A stretch of DNA of 62,591 nt, the filler included, from Choristocarpus tenellus KU-1152 (Eukaryota > Protista > Phaeophyceae), in NCBI GenBank assembly GCA_964200185.2. It is 11 parts of 11 records of this genome, joined end to end, with 100 filler letters (N's around TTAATTAATTAA, not from the genome) between each part and the next. Parts side by side here need not be neighbours in the genome. Positions count along the whole stretch, not along the records: positions 34,906 to 40,374 come from CAXNAD020010680.1; positions 40,475 to 43,580 come from CAXNAD020022289.1; positions 43,681 to 47,270 come from CAXNAD020019080.1; positions 47,371 to 50,036 come from CAXNAD020025815.1; positions 50,137 to 53,953 come from CAXNAD020017769.1; 6 more parts are not named here. One strand, written 5' to 3'. The position numbers and the translations under genes were made by a program. Shown here piece after piece: positions 37,584-51,790 of the stretch; the first letter of the stretch is position 1, and each line of letters starts with the position of its first letter. The notes beneath the pieces are model-generated. The model worked only from the letters and a program-made list of their open reading frames with translations. It was not told the DNA's origin and ran no database searches.

Positions 37584-40141
37584 AGTGCCCGTCAACTGTC
37601 CTTTCTATGGACAATCGGCGCGTAATACACAAGTTGCAATACTCTAGGGTGATGTTTCCTTTGGTTCATGTACTCTAGGTCTGCAAGTCGAGGCCCAATT
37701 GAGCAACTCTGCCCAAGTGTTGTTTTGCTGGATTAGAGAACAAGATTTGTACTTACGGTTTCATAAGTATACGGAAGGATTATTCTGAGGCAACCTTCCA
37801 TATCAACATTTCAAATTGTCATTCTTGCGACTTTCTGCGTTCAACCAATACTTCCCTTAAATATATACAAAGAGAGCCTCCCAAGGGTGGCAAAATGTCG
37901 AACCTTTCCTTTGGGTTCCCCCCTTTATACCCCAGTGATACCGAAGAAGGTGATCAATAATGTCACACCTTTCGCATGGGTTTGATGTGGTACGCTGATC
38001 ATTTCGAGTGTTTGGATTTCCTTATCGGTCTCGCCAGTTGGATTATCATCCACTGCATTTGAGGAGGGTTTGCCTCTCCTGGCGTAGTAATGACTTTGAG
38101 CATAGATCTTGGCCCCAACGGCTGAATCCCTTCTTGATGTGACAAGGCACGTACGAGAATGTTCCGTTCACCTCAATTGACACTCACCTACTCCAACAAT
38201 TACGCTATCATGACCTTGTGAGGTATGGAAAAATGCCGAAGAATTGATTTCCTCTGCTGCAAGAGAATGAAAAACCTTACCTTCCGCCTACCCTGCTTAT
38301 ACTTGCAACCTCCAGACCACTTCTTGTTAATCATCCATGACCCGTCCCAAATTCCATGACTAACTCAATCCAACCACCTCATCGTCGTTGCCCACCGAAA
38401 ATTGCAACACCGAAAATTTGCATGCTGTTCTTTATCCATCCGATTACACGCATTGGGGGGGCTCCGTGGATCTCAGCATGGTTCCCGCGCCTGGAGGCGG
38501 ATGAGCTGGATGTCCTCGCAGAGATGGAGCGTCTCGCACAGGCGGAGAATGAAGTACTGCAAAACCAACCCTATCCCACTCCGATTGGAGTGTCCACCGT
38601 CAATACAGAGGAGGTGAAGCCATAGGCTATCTTAAATCGCACCAATGTCATTCCTGCAAGTTTCTTCCGTATATTGAAGCTCAACCTAAGTGAATGAGAA
38701 GATGTAGGGATATCACTATCAGGAATTGCTCTTGATGATCAGCCTTTCGTCATTCACAATCTTGACATTGATATTATATGGGGGTAGGCCATGACCAATC
38801 GCTTCTGTCATCAAAAGGGAATGGCATAAGTTTCTAAGGGGTTCATGGTTGGTAACAGCGACTGGGTAAGTCCTTAGTGCTTATGTCCAGAAAGGGTGTT
38901 CAAGTTTCGATTGCTATTCAATTATATTTGATGTAAGAGGGAAAGAATGTGCAGAAGAAGCATCCTAAACCGTAGATCCTTGACGCTGTAAAGTGGCATT
39001 TATTTTGTTAGTGTATGTGCTGTAGAGGATACGTGTTCTCATACAGACCAAATTGAGCAAGGCCCCTCCCTCCTCGAGAGTTTACAATGGGGTTGACATC
39101 CGAGGGCTCTGGTCAGTATTTGGAGGGAATCTTCATTACCCTTACAAGGCAGTTGCTTGTCAGATGGAGATTGAAACAGAGGTCATTGACAGCGTCCAAT
39201 AATTTTCTGTGTTTTTGTGCTCCAGTTATCACCCCTGGAACAACGTAGAGATACAGTTGTGGGCATTTTGGGATCCTCCCTAGCTCCTTGTTTCCCACCT
39301 GCCCCTTTTATGCTCTTGGACGTCAATTTTTTTCGGATCAAGTGGATGAGGTGCAGTAATCGCCTGTAGGAGTCATCACTACAGTGTTGAAAATTCGGAG
39401 AGTATTCCTTGGATGTGCAGGTATCCCTCCGCTCTTGTCGTGGGGTGCATTATGTATGTACACATGGAAAACAAGAAAAACATGCAAAAAAAATATGATT
39501 GTCAAGATTATGCTTGACCATTTGTGAGAATGAGATTCAAAGTCATATTTTATGTACGCACAAATGATGGTGCGGGACATTCAGGATATTTAGGGTTAGG
39601 GTATTTGACAAGAAGAAATTTGGCGGAATGTTAAGAGTTGGAGTGTTTCTGACGTGTGCTTGAGAACTGTTGAGTAATTTTGGTATTCTGAGTCATTTAC
39701 CGTAAGTCTTGGTGAGCCCCTTCTGGTGATGGCGTCTCACTCTCTTCTCAACTCTGATACAAGCTAATAAACAACAATATATCTGGTTGTGTGGGACAGC
39801 AGATCGTTAAGGACAGCTTAACAATGACGTACAGTGCTTTGTATATGGACACCCTGGTGCTGTTGAACGATGCAGGAGGACGACGCTACGGTAGACGAGG
39901 ATCATAACCAGGAGGAGGAGGAGAAAGGAGAGGAAAGCGAAGAGGTTGATGTTGAGATGGGCAGTGAGGTAAGCACGAGAACAAGAGAGTGATTGTATCA
40001 TACTTGACAGGGTGTTGGAGACCATTTTTGTTGTGGCGACTCTCTTGAATTGTAGTTTTGTTAGGAGTAGTGGAGTCTGGCTGGCAGTACAAGTTCTCAG
40101 CTCTGACACACCAAGGTACTGGAGATCGTTGTTGTTTTTGT

Positions 40142-40325
40142 GGCTCAGAATATCTAGGGGGGGAGGGGGGGGGGTGGTCTATACCAAGGTGTTCATTTGG
40201 GTCCTGAACAGGAGAAGTGAACTTACATTATCCATCCGACACATGACAACCAAATCACTCAAAAATTGCGACATGGAAGAATGGGCCCCAAATGGACAGC
40301 AACCCCCAACCCCCCCCAACCCCCA
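40142..40325. mobile_element. MITE family B copy
   Basis: GGCTCAGAATATCTAGGGGG start; B interior to CCCCAAATGGACAGC. Confidence 0.8.
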
Positions 40326-40956
40326 CACCCCTCTATCCCCCCGCTACACACCGTTAGTAGCGTAGCGGTGTAGTNNNNNNNNNNNNNNNNNNNNNNNNNN
40401 NNNNNNNNNNNNNNNNNNTTAATTAATTAANNNNNNNNNNNNNNNNNNNNNNNNNNNNNNNNNNNNNNNNNNNNCCCCTCTCCGATTCGCTTTCACCAAT
40501 CTTCTACAAGGAGACTCTAAAGTTACTCCCCAATAAGCGTGTATGAGTACTCTGCATGGTTATACCTTAGCTTTTTCAGCAAGTTATGGATTTTGTTTCT
40601 TCTTGAGAAATAACAAAATATAGAACATAGCGAAGCAAAGATGGGGATGTATGTCTTGTTGAGATAGACCCAGGTCCGGCCTCAACCATTGCTTCCATGG
40701 AACTAATTCGTCTGGGATTTCCAACATGTCGTCATCATTCTCTATATGTAGAGAGAACCCTATAGTTTCCCTGAACAGCTGGGAATGGGGGGACAAGGGG
40801 TAGATGTAGCAGTTGAGTCAGATAGAGTTCTTAGGGGAAGGAGGTAAGTGGAACCCCTATTGGCACCACTGGTATCGCGCTTAGGGCGAGAATTATGTTC
40901 ATGTGAAGCGGTTAGAAAACGATACATTCAATCCCAGTGCTGCAAAAATGAGTGTT

Positions 40957-41214
40957 GAGTCAAAGTATCTTAGAGGGAAGGCCGCGTCCGTTTGAGGGCC
41001 AAAATCCAATGTTGTGATTTTGATGTAATTTTGTCTTTCGTGTTTGTTAGGAGGTGTTGAGGTCCTTGTTCCGGACACACCTTTTGATAAAGTATACAAT
41101 TTACCTACTCCAAAGCATTTCGTAATAAGAACATGTCATTTATAAACCTGTGGGAAGTCAAGACCCAAACGGACAAACAGGGCAATACTCGTACCCTCCA
41201 AGATATATTCACTC
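40957..41214 (+). mobile_element. MITE family A full copy
   Basis: GAGTCAAAGTATCTTAGAGGG ... CCCTCCAAGATATATTCACTC; 4-bp TSD TGTT. Confidence 0.92.
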
Positions 41215-41758
41215 TGTTTGTCCCGATCATCTGAACTGCAAATACACATGGTGATATTGTGGACAATGGATATACAAAGGATATGGACATGAATGGAGGG
41301 ACGAAATGGATGGTTTGAAATTTTTGAATGTAACCAATAAATACCATGTGTGATGAATATCATTTCAGCGTTATATACTGAGAATAAATTCAGAAAGAGA
41401 TCAAATGGGAAAGTATTGAGGCATTGGGGAAATGAGCTCTTTGTCTCTGTTAGTGGTCTGGGAGGCTGGGCGGTCAAGTTATCTGCCACACAAATGGTCA
41501 CAAGCAATTCCCCATGTTACATCCTTTGAGTCGATCTGGACATATGTGGAGAATCACAATGCGAGGAATATGCAGCTAAAGGTTGGAGGCGGTAGTTGTC
41601 GGATAATGATACTGGTTTAATTTTCGATTAGGAAGAGTTATGTCGAAGGCTCTCTTCTGTTTCGTAGTGGTCACATGTTTTGCCACCAACTGTGTTAAAG
41701 GTTGAGGGCAAACGAACAGGTGTTGTTGCTACCATAATGGTGTCTTCCCTAAGATTTT

Positions 41759-41938
41759 GGCCCAAAGTATCTGAGGGGGGGGTGGCGACTGTCCTTTTGG
41801 GGTCAATTTTTTAATATAACGATTTTGGGGTAATTTGATTGCACATGTCGGATGGATAATGCAAATGCACTTTTCCTGATTTTGACCCAAATGGACACCC
41901 TGGTGTAGACTACCCCCCCCACACAGATACTTTGGATC
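41759..41938. mobile_element. MITE family B full copy
   Basis: GGCCCAAAGTATCTGAGGGGG ... CAGATACTTTGGATC; TSD TTTT. Confidence 0.9.
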
Positions 41939-42705
41939 TTTTCTTGAAGTTAAAAAAAAAAAATGATGACAATCTTTTGATCTGAGAGTTGACTCTGAAT
42001 GTGTTCTTCGATACTTCTCAAGCAAAATCTGTTGTTTTTCCTATCAGGTCAAGGCACTCAACAGTCTTAGGGTAGTGAGGGTAGCGTAATGGAGAACTCT
42101 AGCGTGCTCTGGGGCATTCTATGATGCAATAAACAGAAAGTAGGACTTCTGGGCCTCAGGACCTCACCTATGTGAAGCTCAGGTCCGCAGTACTACTCCC
42201 CACCCACCCCACACATCATACCCCCTGAGATATTTTTTGGAACACCTCAGCAAAAGCAATCCCTCAAACCAACTCGGAACTGTTTAAAATGCACATGTGG
42301 CGATATCGCAACCCATTTTTATCATGTCTATTCTTGCACGCCCTGAAGGTGCAAAGAGATCTTAAAGGGTTTTTGCTGTCTCTCAACCCTACTCTCCTTT
42401 CCATCTCCAACCCCTTCTGTTATGCGCTTTTCTTCATGCAGACACAGTCACCCAGTCCATCAGGAAACTCGTCTTCGCCAGACCAGAGACGTGAGAATCC
42501 CTACCTTTCAATATGGTCCAGAGCGTGTTATTAGTTTACTTTGAACACTAGTAGTACGGATTCCATTTGTTCCATGAACTCGGGAGATTTGAGAGAAATA
42601 ATGATATTTGAATAGATACATTTGAATTATCGCACTGTGTAAGATATTCTCCAATATTCCTTTTTTCATTCTGCGCAATTCGAAGTACTTCACACCAACG
42701 GATGT

Positions 42706-42857
42706 TGGTAATAGTAATTGCGAGGTAGGCAGGATTTGGCCATTTTGCATTTATGACTTATTTTCTTCATGCAAATGTACGAAAATGTGTGCTTAGGGCA
42801 TAATTTGTTGGGATTCTTCAAACGCAACCTTGCCTACCTCTCAATTGCTTTTAGCTA
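42706..42857. mobile_element. MITE family F short copy
   Basis: GTAATTGCGAGGTAGGCAGG ... CCTTGCCTACCTCTCAATTGC inverted repeat. Confidence 0.65.
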
Positions 42858-43387
42858 TATCTATCGTACAATATTACTGAAACAAGACATTTGTTAGAGT
42901 GTCTACTGCTCCCCACTGAGCGAAGTACCCCTGCCGTTACCATACTCTCTCCCTGAGTTAGTCGTGAGTCTTGCCGAAGGAGAGAAATCTAGTGTTGCTG
43001 TGCTGTAGGGGAAGGTTAACCTGCAAATCAACTTTACTCTATACATTCCAATAACATGTCCATTAAACACCAAGCAATTCTACATTTATTATATTGTAGT
43101 TTTTTCTTTATCGACAATCCACTTACCAAAATACCGTACTGGGCACTGCTGCTTGTATACATGTTAGTTGCATCGTTGTACTTGCGATCACATGTTTAGT
43201 ACTAAGTATCCTATATCAGCTTATTGAATCACTTGGCAATCTTCCCACTGGTCTAGATATAACCACTACAGCATATTTCTACAGCAAAGTCCTTGCACCT
43301 TGGACAACATAGCACTTTCTCATAACACAACGTTAGCATATTACACTATTACATTTAGGTAAATGACAAATATAGAACATATATTGT

Positions 43388-43580
43388 GGCTCAAAGTATC
43401 TGTGGGTGTGTGGTGGCTGTCTATTTGGGGCCCATTTTTCCATGTCGCGATTTTTGGGTGATTTGGTTGCATGCGTCGGATGGATAATATAAGGTCACTT
43501 TTCCTTTCCTGACACCCAGGTGTAGACCCCCGCCCCCACCCCCCCCCCCCCCCCCCCCCCCCCCCCTCTACCCCCCAGCC
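43388..43580. mobile_element. MITE family B copy ending in a poly-C contig break
   Basis: GGCTCAAAGTATCTG start and B interior. Confidence 0.85.
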
Positions 43581-43680
43581 NNNNNNNNNNNNNNNNNNNN
43601 NNNNNNNNNNNNNNNNNNNNNNNNTTAATTAATTAANNNNNNNNNNNNNNNNNNNNNNNNNNNNNNNNNNNNNNNNNNNN

Positions 43681-43745
43681 GTTTTAAGGTCGTTGGATTT
43701 GAGTTGTACATCCTGGAAGGTGAGCATTGAGGGGCGCCTGTAACA
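43681..43745. mobile_element. Element D right end
   Basis: ..GAGGGGCGCCTGTAACA. Confidence 0.75.
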
Positions 43746-45070
43746 TGACAGGAGCTTAATGGGTGCAATATCACTTGAGCTTAGGATCTGAATGCTAAAC
43801 GTTGACGTATCTATATTTTTGTTTCTGTCATAAGATTGTGTGTCATGGACACTCCGCCAGATCCACTATATGAACCTTCGCAACCATCATCACAAATTCC
43901 TCCAGAGGTGAGTTGGATTATACTCTAGGGAACGCACCAATCACATATTGTTATTACAAATATGCTCTCCTTGTGAAGACTGCGTGTGGAATTATTGAAG
44001 CGACTGTTCGAAATTGGTAAGTCCTGTCCGCTGGTTCAGTTTCATGCATAGGGGATGGGTGGCTCCAAGGGTGTTGGCGTTTCAAAAACTTGGAGCTGAA
44101 ACTGAGGCAAGGTGAATAAGAGAAGAACTGATGGATAAGCCTTCAGAACGACTTTGAAAAAAATGTGTTAATTAATCAGGATAAGTCAACCTTTAATCCG
44201 TGCGGTCACCCCCTCAGCCACATACTCTTCTTCGGCCTTCCCTGAGCAAAACATAAGCAATGTACCATAGAAGATCATGTCAGCTCTGGAGATGGATAAA
44301 CAGCACAGGAAATAGTAAAGAAGTTAAGAAAATTGTGGCTCCGGCGAGGCCCCTCACCATCAGGGGAGCTTCTTGCCCTATATCCCTCCATGCAACTCAG
44401 CTCTTTTGCATGTCTTACGTTGTGTTCCAATACTCTTAATTCAATATTTTCTAGCCGATTGAATCTTATGCAAGAGGTCTTTGGTTCACAACACTACTAT
44501 TTTCCGCTTTCCTTTCTCTTGAGTGACACTTGTGATAAGTGATGGTTGTCGGATTTTGTAGACCTGGTATGACTCAAATTTCTTGGGTGTTTGTGCGTTA
44601 TGCCTGAGTTCTCTTTATTACCCTCAAAGATCCTCTAAGGTGTTCGTCATTCCTGATTTCTCGTTTTGTTCATTCTTCTCTCACACAGCTTATATATATA
44701 TATCTCCCTCTCCCTCTTTTCTATTATATTTTAGTACTTGTTACATATATCCCTCAAGTAGTTATTTTTTCCTTCTCCTTCTTCTGACTACGCTTCGACA
44801 GCAGATCTTGGACCCCTCGGAGTAACGCGGATAAAAATGGAAAAATATCCATATTTGTCTTAACAAGCCAAATCCATACGTGGGAAATCTTCTTATAAGA
44901 TTCTCTAATTCCACATGCCAAGTCCTACGGAATGCACACCTGTACAGTCCTACCTCTCTCTAAACCAGATCTTCATACTTCAATGTTTGTCTACCAGCTT
45001 CTGTCAAAGGAATGCACGTGCTTGAACCTTAGATTTTCTTGACGGAATATCTGGTGTTTACATACCACGT

Positions 45071-45610
45071 GCGCTCAAATTATCTGGGAGAAGGGGGGGG
45101 GTCTACACTATGGTGTCCATTCGGGCCCTGACCAGGAGAAGTGAGCTTACATTATTCATCTGACGTATGCAACCAAATAACCCAAGAGTCAAAGTGTCTG
45201 GGTGGCGGGGGTGGCTGTCTATTCGAGACCCATTCATCCATGTCGCGATTTTGTTTGATCTTGACATTAAAACACAGTCCACACAGATTCAAGCGCTAAG
45301 GACATGTCTGAAGTACAAGATATTCCACACTTCATCAAAACAGGACCAACCCTCCAGGACTAAAGACACTTATATAGACAATATTTCCAACAACTGATCA
45401 GGGCCCGAATGGACACCGTGGGCTAGACTCCCCCCTCCCAGATACTTTGAGCCGTGGCAAGCACAACATATTGGTATATCTGTTGTATATTTCAGTGAGT
45501 CAGGTAAACAAGAGGTACCCAGAGTTGCATTTTAAGCATTGCCAGCATATATGTGTAAAATTTCCCTCTTTAAAATACGTAAGTACATTTCGCGAATTTT
45601 GTCAATTTTT
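45071..45610. mobile_element. MITE cluster: partial B (45071-45185), inverted B (45186-45453), partial F (from 45497)
   Basis: B termini at 45072, 45186 and 45453; GAGTCAGGTAAACAAGAGGTACCCAGAGTTGC at 45497. Confidence 0.7.
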
Positions 45611-46619
45611 CCTTCCGTGTGCCACTAGTATGCAACGTTTCACAGGGAGGGACATAAGCTACTGCTCATCGCTTAACCAATACTGCTTTCCAATATGCCT
45701 GTCCCTAACCACCATCCTATTTTCGTCCCGAGTCCTCTCTAATTGTAGCCTCTATGGCGCATCACCCTAACTACTACCATTAATTTCCGTAATATTAAAT
45801 TTCACCACACTGATACCAAGGGCCAATAACAATATTGGTGTCAGGCACACACGATCTACCAGTTGGTCATGTATACCCAATACACCCCCGTGGTTATGTC
45901 TTCCATGGCGTATCAAACCCTTTTCGGTCCTTCTGTGAACACTGGCCTGTCAGTTCTTTTGTGGTTATCCTGGATCACTAGCCTTCATGGTCAGAGCTGC
46001 ACAAGCTACCATTGTCGGATTAGGCCTGGTTTCAAATCGATGTATCTATCCCTTTGTACCACCCAAGCATTCTACTCAATCTTTAACTATCATTTTTCAT
46101 TCTGGATCGTCTCAGGTACCATCCTACAGGATGTCCGAATCTATCTCTTTCATCCCACGTGTCCGGTCCCTCAGTAAGCAGGCGGTTTTACCGCCCTCCA
46201 CTATATGTGCATATATATATGTATATATACCCCACCACGTCGATATCCCCACAATACATAGGACGTTTTCCATCATATCCATTTCGGCTGCTTAGCATGC
46301 ATCTCCCCCTTCACTGCCAGACAATCCCCTTCAACCACTTCAAAATGATTGCTCAGAAGTTGTCTTGTTCCTGGTCTCCCTTGCCTTTCTACCCCTACTT
46401 TCCACTTTGACGATATCTTCTGTCCACTTCCTCCCAGTCGTATTCCCTCCATCCCCACATTCCCTATGAACTCCTCGGATACCCAGTCTGGCTTGAGGTC
46501 ATTCACTGATGATGAACCCTTTCGTGTACACCCCCTAACTTTTCGTTTTCCCATGCCACTGTGCCATCCGGTTTACCCCACTACCCCTGAGATCTCTCTC
46601 ACTACCCCTGAGATCTCTC

Positions 46620-46735
46620 ACCCACACAAAACTCAGATTACTTCATAAATGACCCTTTCCGTGATGTATTTACATTTGTTTCCCCCCTGACACATCTGCA
46701 AAATGTCAGAGGGCATACTAATAAAAATAATAATA
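46620..46735 (+). repeat. Retroposon 3' end sharing the family C tail (related copy 54765-54850)
   Basis: CACAAAACTCAGATTACTTCATAAA...CTGACACATCTGCAAAATGTCAGAGGGCATACTAATAAAA. Confidence 0.65.
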
Positions 46736-48450
46736 TATAGGTTGTAGTGGTGGTGTGACTCTACTAGTAGTGTTGACTACTGACTGGTTGTGCGAACACA
46801 TGGACATACGTGGCCTGTAGTGTTTTTGTACGATGGTGTTACGTGTTATTGTATTGATCACTTGTCCACTGATGAGAAATCTTGGATAAAGTATCAACGA
46901 AGATTCTTCCGGTTGATATCGGATAGGCGATATCTCATACCGATGTCTTCCTTCAATGCGTTATCGGTGAGTTGCGTTCGCCTCATGTGCACCAAATTAC
47001 GATATGTATATTTCCGTACAATATGTGTCATCTCCTCGGGTATGGTGCATGTGGTGCACACACCAGAAGGTGACACGGTCCTAATCTAGTTACAACGCAA
47101 GGAAAAAGGAGAAGTGTATTACTGCCTTCTGTTCAGAGTCAGGAGGGAAAGGAAAACAAGGTCTTGTATCGGGTAGCGAACGAATATCCATGTTGCAATT
47201 CTACGATAGTGATACTGCACCAGACGATCCGATGGGCGGGATATTTGAAGGTTCCCAAATCGTGGATGGTNNNNNNNNNNNNNNNNNNNNNNNNNNNNNN
47301 NNNNNNNNNNNNNNTTAATTAATTAANNNNNNNNNNNNNNNNNNNNNNNNNNNNNNNNNNNNNNNNNNNNGTCTTGACTGATGATGAAGCCCCACCTTTG
47401 AAGTTGCTCATCACTCCTAAGTTAAACCTTGACCAACGTTAACCTCATACCCTCGGTCACGGTCCGTCCTTGTTCATGTGGTCCGTCTTGCGCGGTGATT
47501 CTCTTCGCCACTCTTGCCTGAGTGAACACCGCCACCACAGAATCACACGATTCACAACATTGTCGGTTTAAGACCTAAAGAAATAAAATGTCATCAATTT
47601 GAAAAACCCTAATCCGTTTGTTACTTCACCACTATGTTGTACTACTGCCCTCCTGTGTCTCCAATCTACCTAAACCCCGTGAGATATTGTTTGTGTATTG
47701 ATATAAACGAGAGTAGGGGGAAGTGGAAAAACCCTCTCTTTGTACCCTGATCCTCTCTCATCATATATAAGAGTGCTTTTCTGTTAAACCGAGTGACTGT
47801 TGTTGATGTAGGTTCGTCACTTGTTGGAATTGATTTGGGGTACACTGCTGTCTTGGGTTGGGATATATCCAACACGCCAATCGGCCGATTTCGACGATAT
47901 GGTAATAATATACAGTACCTCCTACTGTGACTTGCACCTCTCATACTTTTAACCAAACAAGTTTTTCATCTTGCCGCAGTACAGGGGTTGTTTCCACCTT
48001 CAAACGTTTCATGCTGTACATGTACTGACTGTAGTATATCGTTCTGTACATCATTGTGATACAACAAGATTGAATGCAGTACAGGAAACAGCACTGGACC
48101 ACTATGCTGTAGTACTGAAAGATTTCCCAAAAAGTCATTTTTAAAGTTAAGCAAAATACCACAAAATAAGGCACAAAGCTGCTTGAGACTAGCAGTACAC
48201 ACCGTAACAGTATTTGTCTCTCAGTACCGTACGGTACAGTGGATACAGTATATCACATCAAGTTTAGACGACTGCACTGTACAAATGTAATGGTGCCCCG
48301 CACAGCTGGATCTAGCTGCAACAACATACGGGGTAATACTCCTGGGCCGCCACACTAAACACGCTGTAGGTGTCGCGTTTGTAGTGGCTATCTTCATGGC
48401 ATTTGTGGCGTTGTGGGTCCTTTCTGGCACCAACAAAATGAATCAAACGC

Positions 48451-48732
48451 ATGTGCAAATTGTGCGCAAGTCCCACCAAGCGCAAGGCTTCCAGTCGCCC
48501 TGCCGGTGACAACACGGCGTCGAAGCGCCATGATAATAAGAACAAGGGCAAGGGGAAGGTGCTGCCAAATATCTCTATGGAGAAAGTCGTATCCTACAAG
48601 CCTCGAGGTGCCAACAATCGTAAATCCTTGAGCTTTACAGAGCAGGTGGAAGCGCTGACACTCCTGAAGACCATGACAGGAACTGCGGTAGCTCAAAAGT
48701 TTGAATCGGTCAGAGCACCCTCTACTAGTTGA
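48451..48732 (+). pseudogene. pogo/CENP-B-type N-terminal HTH of a transposase relic
   Basis: RKSLSFTEQVEALTLLKTMTGTAVAQKF matches the CENP-B_N/HTH_psq pattern; truncated. Confidence 0.6.
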
Positions 48733-49024
48733 ACGAGACAACAACCATAATGGAGTAAGTGCAGACGCCGAAGCCTGGCGCCAAGTCTACGAGGGGTGCC
48801 AAACATGTCGAGGTGTGTCAGCGTATGGATTGAAAGTCTGAAAGTAGGTTAATTGTGATCGTGATTGAATTGTCTTTCTGTACTGTCTGCTGATGAGGAT
48901 CATGGTCGAGTTTTTGAAATTTTGCTCGCGTTTCTATCGTATTGTAGTGTCTATACTGTGTACTGTGGTATCACGGGGTACGCCCCACAAGGTGTCCATA
49001 TGGGATTAATTTATAGGGATCCCT

Positions 49025-49172
49025 TGTACAAGGTGTCACAAGGTGCAAAGTGGCCACCTGCGATGTACGTTCTACATATCAAAATGGCATTAATATATTG
49101 GGACGCCTAATACAAGGTGTCACAATGTGCAAAATGGCCACCCGTGATGTAGCCTCCTACATTTCAAAATGG
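49025..49172. repeat. Direct repeat, two units ~64 bp apart
   Basis: TACAAGGTGTCACAA..GTGCAAA..TGGCCACC..GATGTA..CTACAT..CAAAATGGCA occurs twice. Confidence 0.75.
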
Positions 49173-49539
49173 CAGTTCCTCCTGTGTAGTCTGTCAAGTG
49201 AACTCCGTACACTGACTGGGTGTAAAACATAAACGTGTTGTGCTGTATAGTTGGTGTGTGGTATCGTAAAGTTACCTCTCACAATTACGCCGTACAGAAC
49301 TGAACCGTGCAGTCTGCTGCAGTCAAGTAGTGAAAAAAGTGCGAGTGTGCTCGATATAAGAGAGGATTGGCAGGAAAACGCCGAAACCTCTCTTATAGCC
49401 TGAAAAGTGAAAACAAGGTTATTTACCGTCTCTAATATCCCGTTTTCTCTTATATTGACCTCTCCCGTATGGGTGCACCCACTGTACTGTAATTACATAC
49501 GGGCCAGTACTTGGTTCCCTTATTATTCCATGATAATAT

Positions 49540-49745
49540 TTCACTATGGGGTGGAGGACTAAGCTACGCTGGTGGCACAGGAAGCCAGAGGTATAACTTT
49601 GTAGTAAAATAGTAAATAGATTAATGTCTTTCACATTTTACGACAAGTGTTACTTTTTTAGAGATTTTTCTGACATGTGAAAAGTTTTCATTGGTTTTTC
49701 CCCTGACACATCCGAAATATGTCAGAAGGCATAATAATAAAGATA
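49540..49745 (+). mobile_element. SINE family C 3' part
   Basis: GGACTAAGCTA..AAAATAGTAAATAGATTAATG..CCCCTGACACATC..ATGTCAGAAGGCATAATAATAA. Confidence 0.7.
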
Positions 49746-51790
49746 ATATAATTTCCTCCCATTTCTAAACCGGTACATTGTGGAATCCGTAGTATCGTCT
49801 TGGGTGACATGATGTGCGTCGTGTGTCGTGTTGGGGTTGGGGTTCCTCAACATTTTACTATTTGAAAACATTTACCCGTTTACCCCTATCTGCATTATTT
49901 TGTCCTCTGACATTTTGCAAATGTGTCCTAGAAAAAGCCAAACCAATATCACAAGGACCCATGTAAAAGTATTGTTGTTCTGTACTCGCATTTCACTTAT
50001 CGGTGACCCAAAGTATCGGTAGGGGGGGGGGAGGGGNNNNNNNNNNNNNNNNNNNNNNNNNNNNNNNNNNNNNNNNNNNNTTAATTAATTAANNNNNNNN
50101 NNNNNNNNNNNNNNNNNNNNNNNNNNNNNNNNNNNNGGGTTGGGGGTACACAGGGGGGGGGGGGCACCAATGCGGAGAGGAAGGAGAATGAGTTAGAGAA
50201 TTATATTTGGTGGGTGGAAGGTATGGGACAAAGGTTGGGGGGGTAAGAGAGGGAAGGCGTACGGCCTGAAGGTGGGTGGAGAGTGGAAGGGATTAAAGAG
50301 GTCACAGGTGACATGGTGTTGGTTTTGATATGATTTGACACGATGGGTGAAGAACTTGTAGAGACAAAAGAAATCAATGAAAGTGAAGCCTATCGACCAA
50401 GTCATGTCTCTCTTCAATTTAGGATAGTAGAGCTCATGAGGTAACCACAGTTTGGTTCTTTGATACAGTTATGAATATACCAATAATGCACGTGTACAAT
50501 GAACTCAGAGGTGTCATAATATTATTGGAAACTGTCATATTTTGCGTGTTACAAGAAATGAAACCACACATACCATATACCATAACTCACTCCTCCCCCC
50601 CCCAAAAAAACTCTCTAGATGTAGAACTGGCCCACCAATGCAATGAGTATAATCGTGCTCAGAAGCACAGAGGATGAGCACTGTACATGCTATGCGTATG
50701 GGATGCAATTTCCTCCCATATACAGTCCAAATCCTTTTGCTTTCCCACACAAAGCTCATCAGTGCAGGGGGTCTATTGCGGCAAACATTTGCAATTAAAG
50801 TTCACTCAAAAATCTCTACCACAGTGGACCACATGTTGTCGATAGTGTTAGCAACATCCTCAATAGTCATGAAATGTTGTCATCGCACAGACAGCTTCAA
50901 CAGCATGGATGCTGCCAATGCCTTTATTGACAAAGTATACAGGAAACATCCTCATGGGAAAAGAACACCCCATCCGTTCGATGAGAAACACCTCCGCCAC
51001 GAATGGTTAAGCCCCTCTTTGTGTGTGTGGTGAGTGTTTACAGTCCACCCCATTCAGTAAAGAATCAGGAAGCATAGGCTGAGATTGAGGATAAAAATGT
51101 GTTGAGACCTGACAAGCAACAATTGTATGACCAGGACAACCTGGACACCAATTTCAGTCAACAGGATGTATTTTCACCTTCAAACAAACAACGAAACAGC
51201 TCTCTAAACTCACTACTGTAGTTCATAATTGCATTCATTAGCTACTAAAAAACACAGCAACAACAAGTTAAGACGTAAGGTTGCTGAGAAGAGGGGTGGG
51301 AGTTAGACAGGCAGAGAACAGAAGTCCAATTCAATTTGGGTAAATACCTTAAATCAAATTGTGCAACCTTTTAACCTATCATTATTGGCACTAGCACCAT
51401 GTGAAAGGCAACTAGAGAGTGCAATTGGGTTAGGTCATATTCCTCCATTATTTGTCTTTGCTATACACATTTTTTGCTCTCTACAACAGGAAAAAAAACA
51501 AAAAAAATGTACTCAATAATTCTGTTTGAGAATTGTGACAATATTTCGACCTACGAGTATGTAGTCCTTTACGTGTGCCTAGAACCCTCACCATAAACGG
51601 CTTTTGAAATCTTTAATGCCTTTGACAACATCACTTACAATGTAGGAAAAGTATTGTGGTGATCTCTTCTTATCGCAAACATGTTTTTTCAACACCTCTT
51701 CCATACTCAAGCCCAAATTACCCCATCACCATGTTCAATGACAAAACCAAACCTCTAAACGGCTACAAGTTTGAGGTCCCAATCCCTTAC

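Noticed and set aside
38356-38625. Exon-like GC-rich ORF
   Set aside because: Possibly coding, but no recognisable homology or partner exons.
50674-51033. 119-aa ORF
   Set aside because: No identifiable motif; probably decayed repeat sequence.
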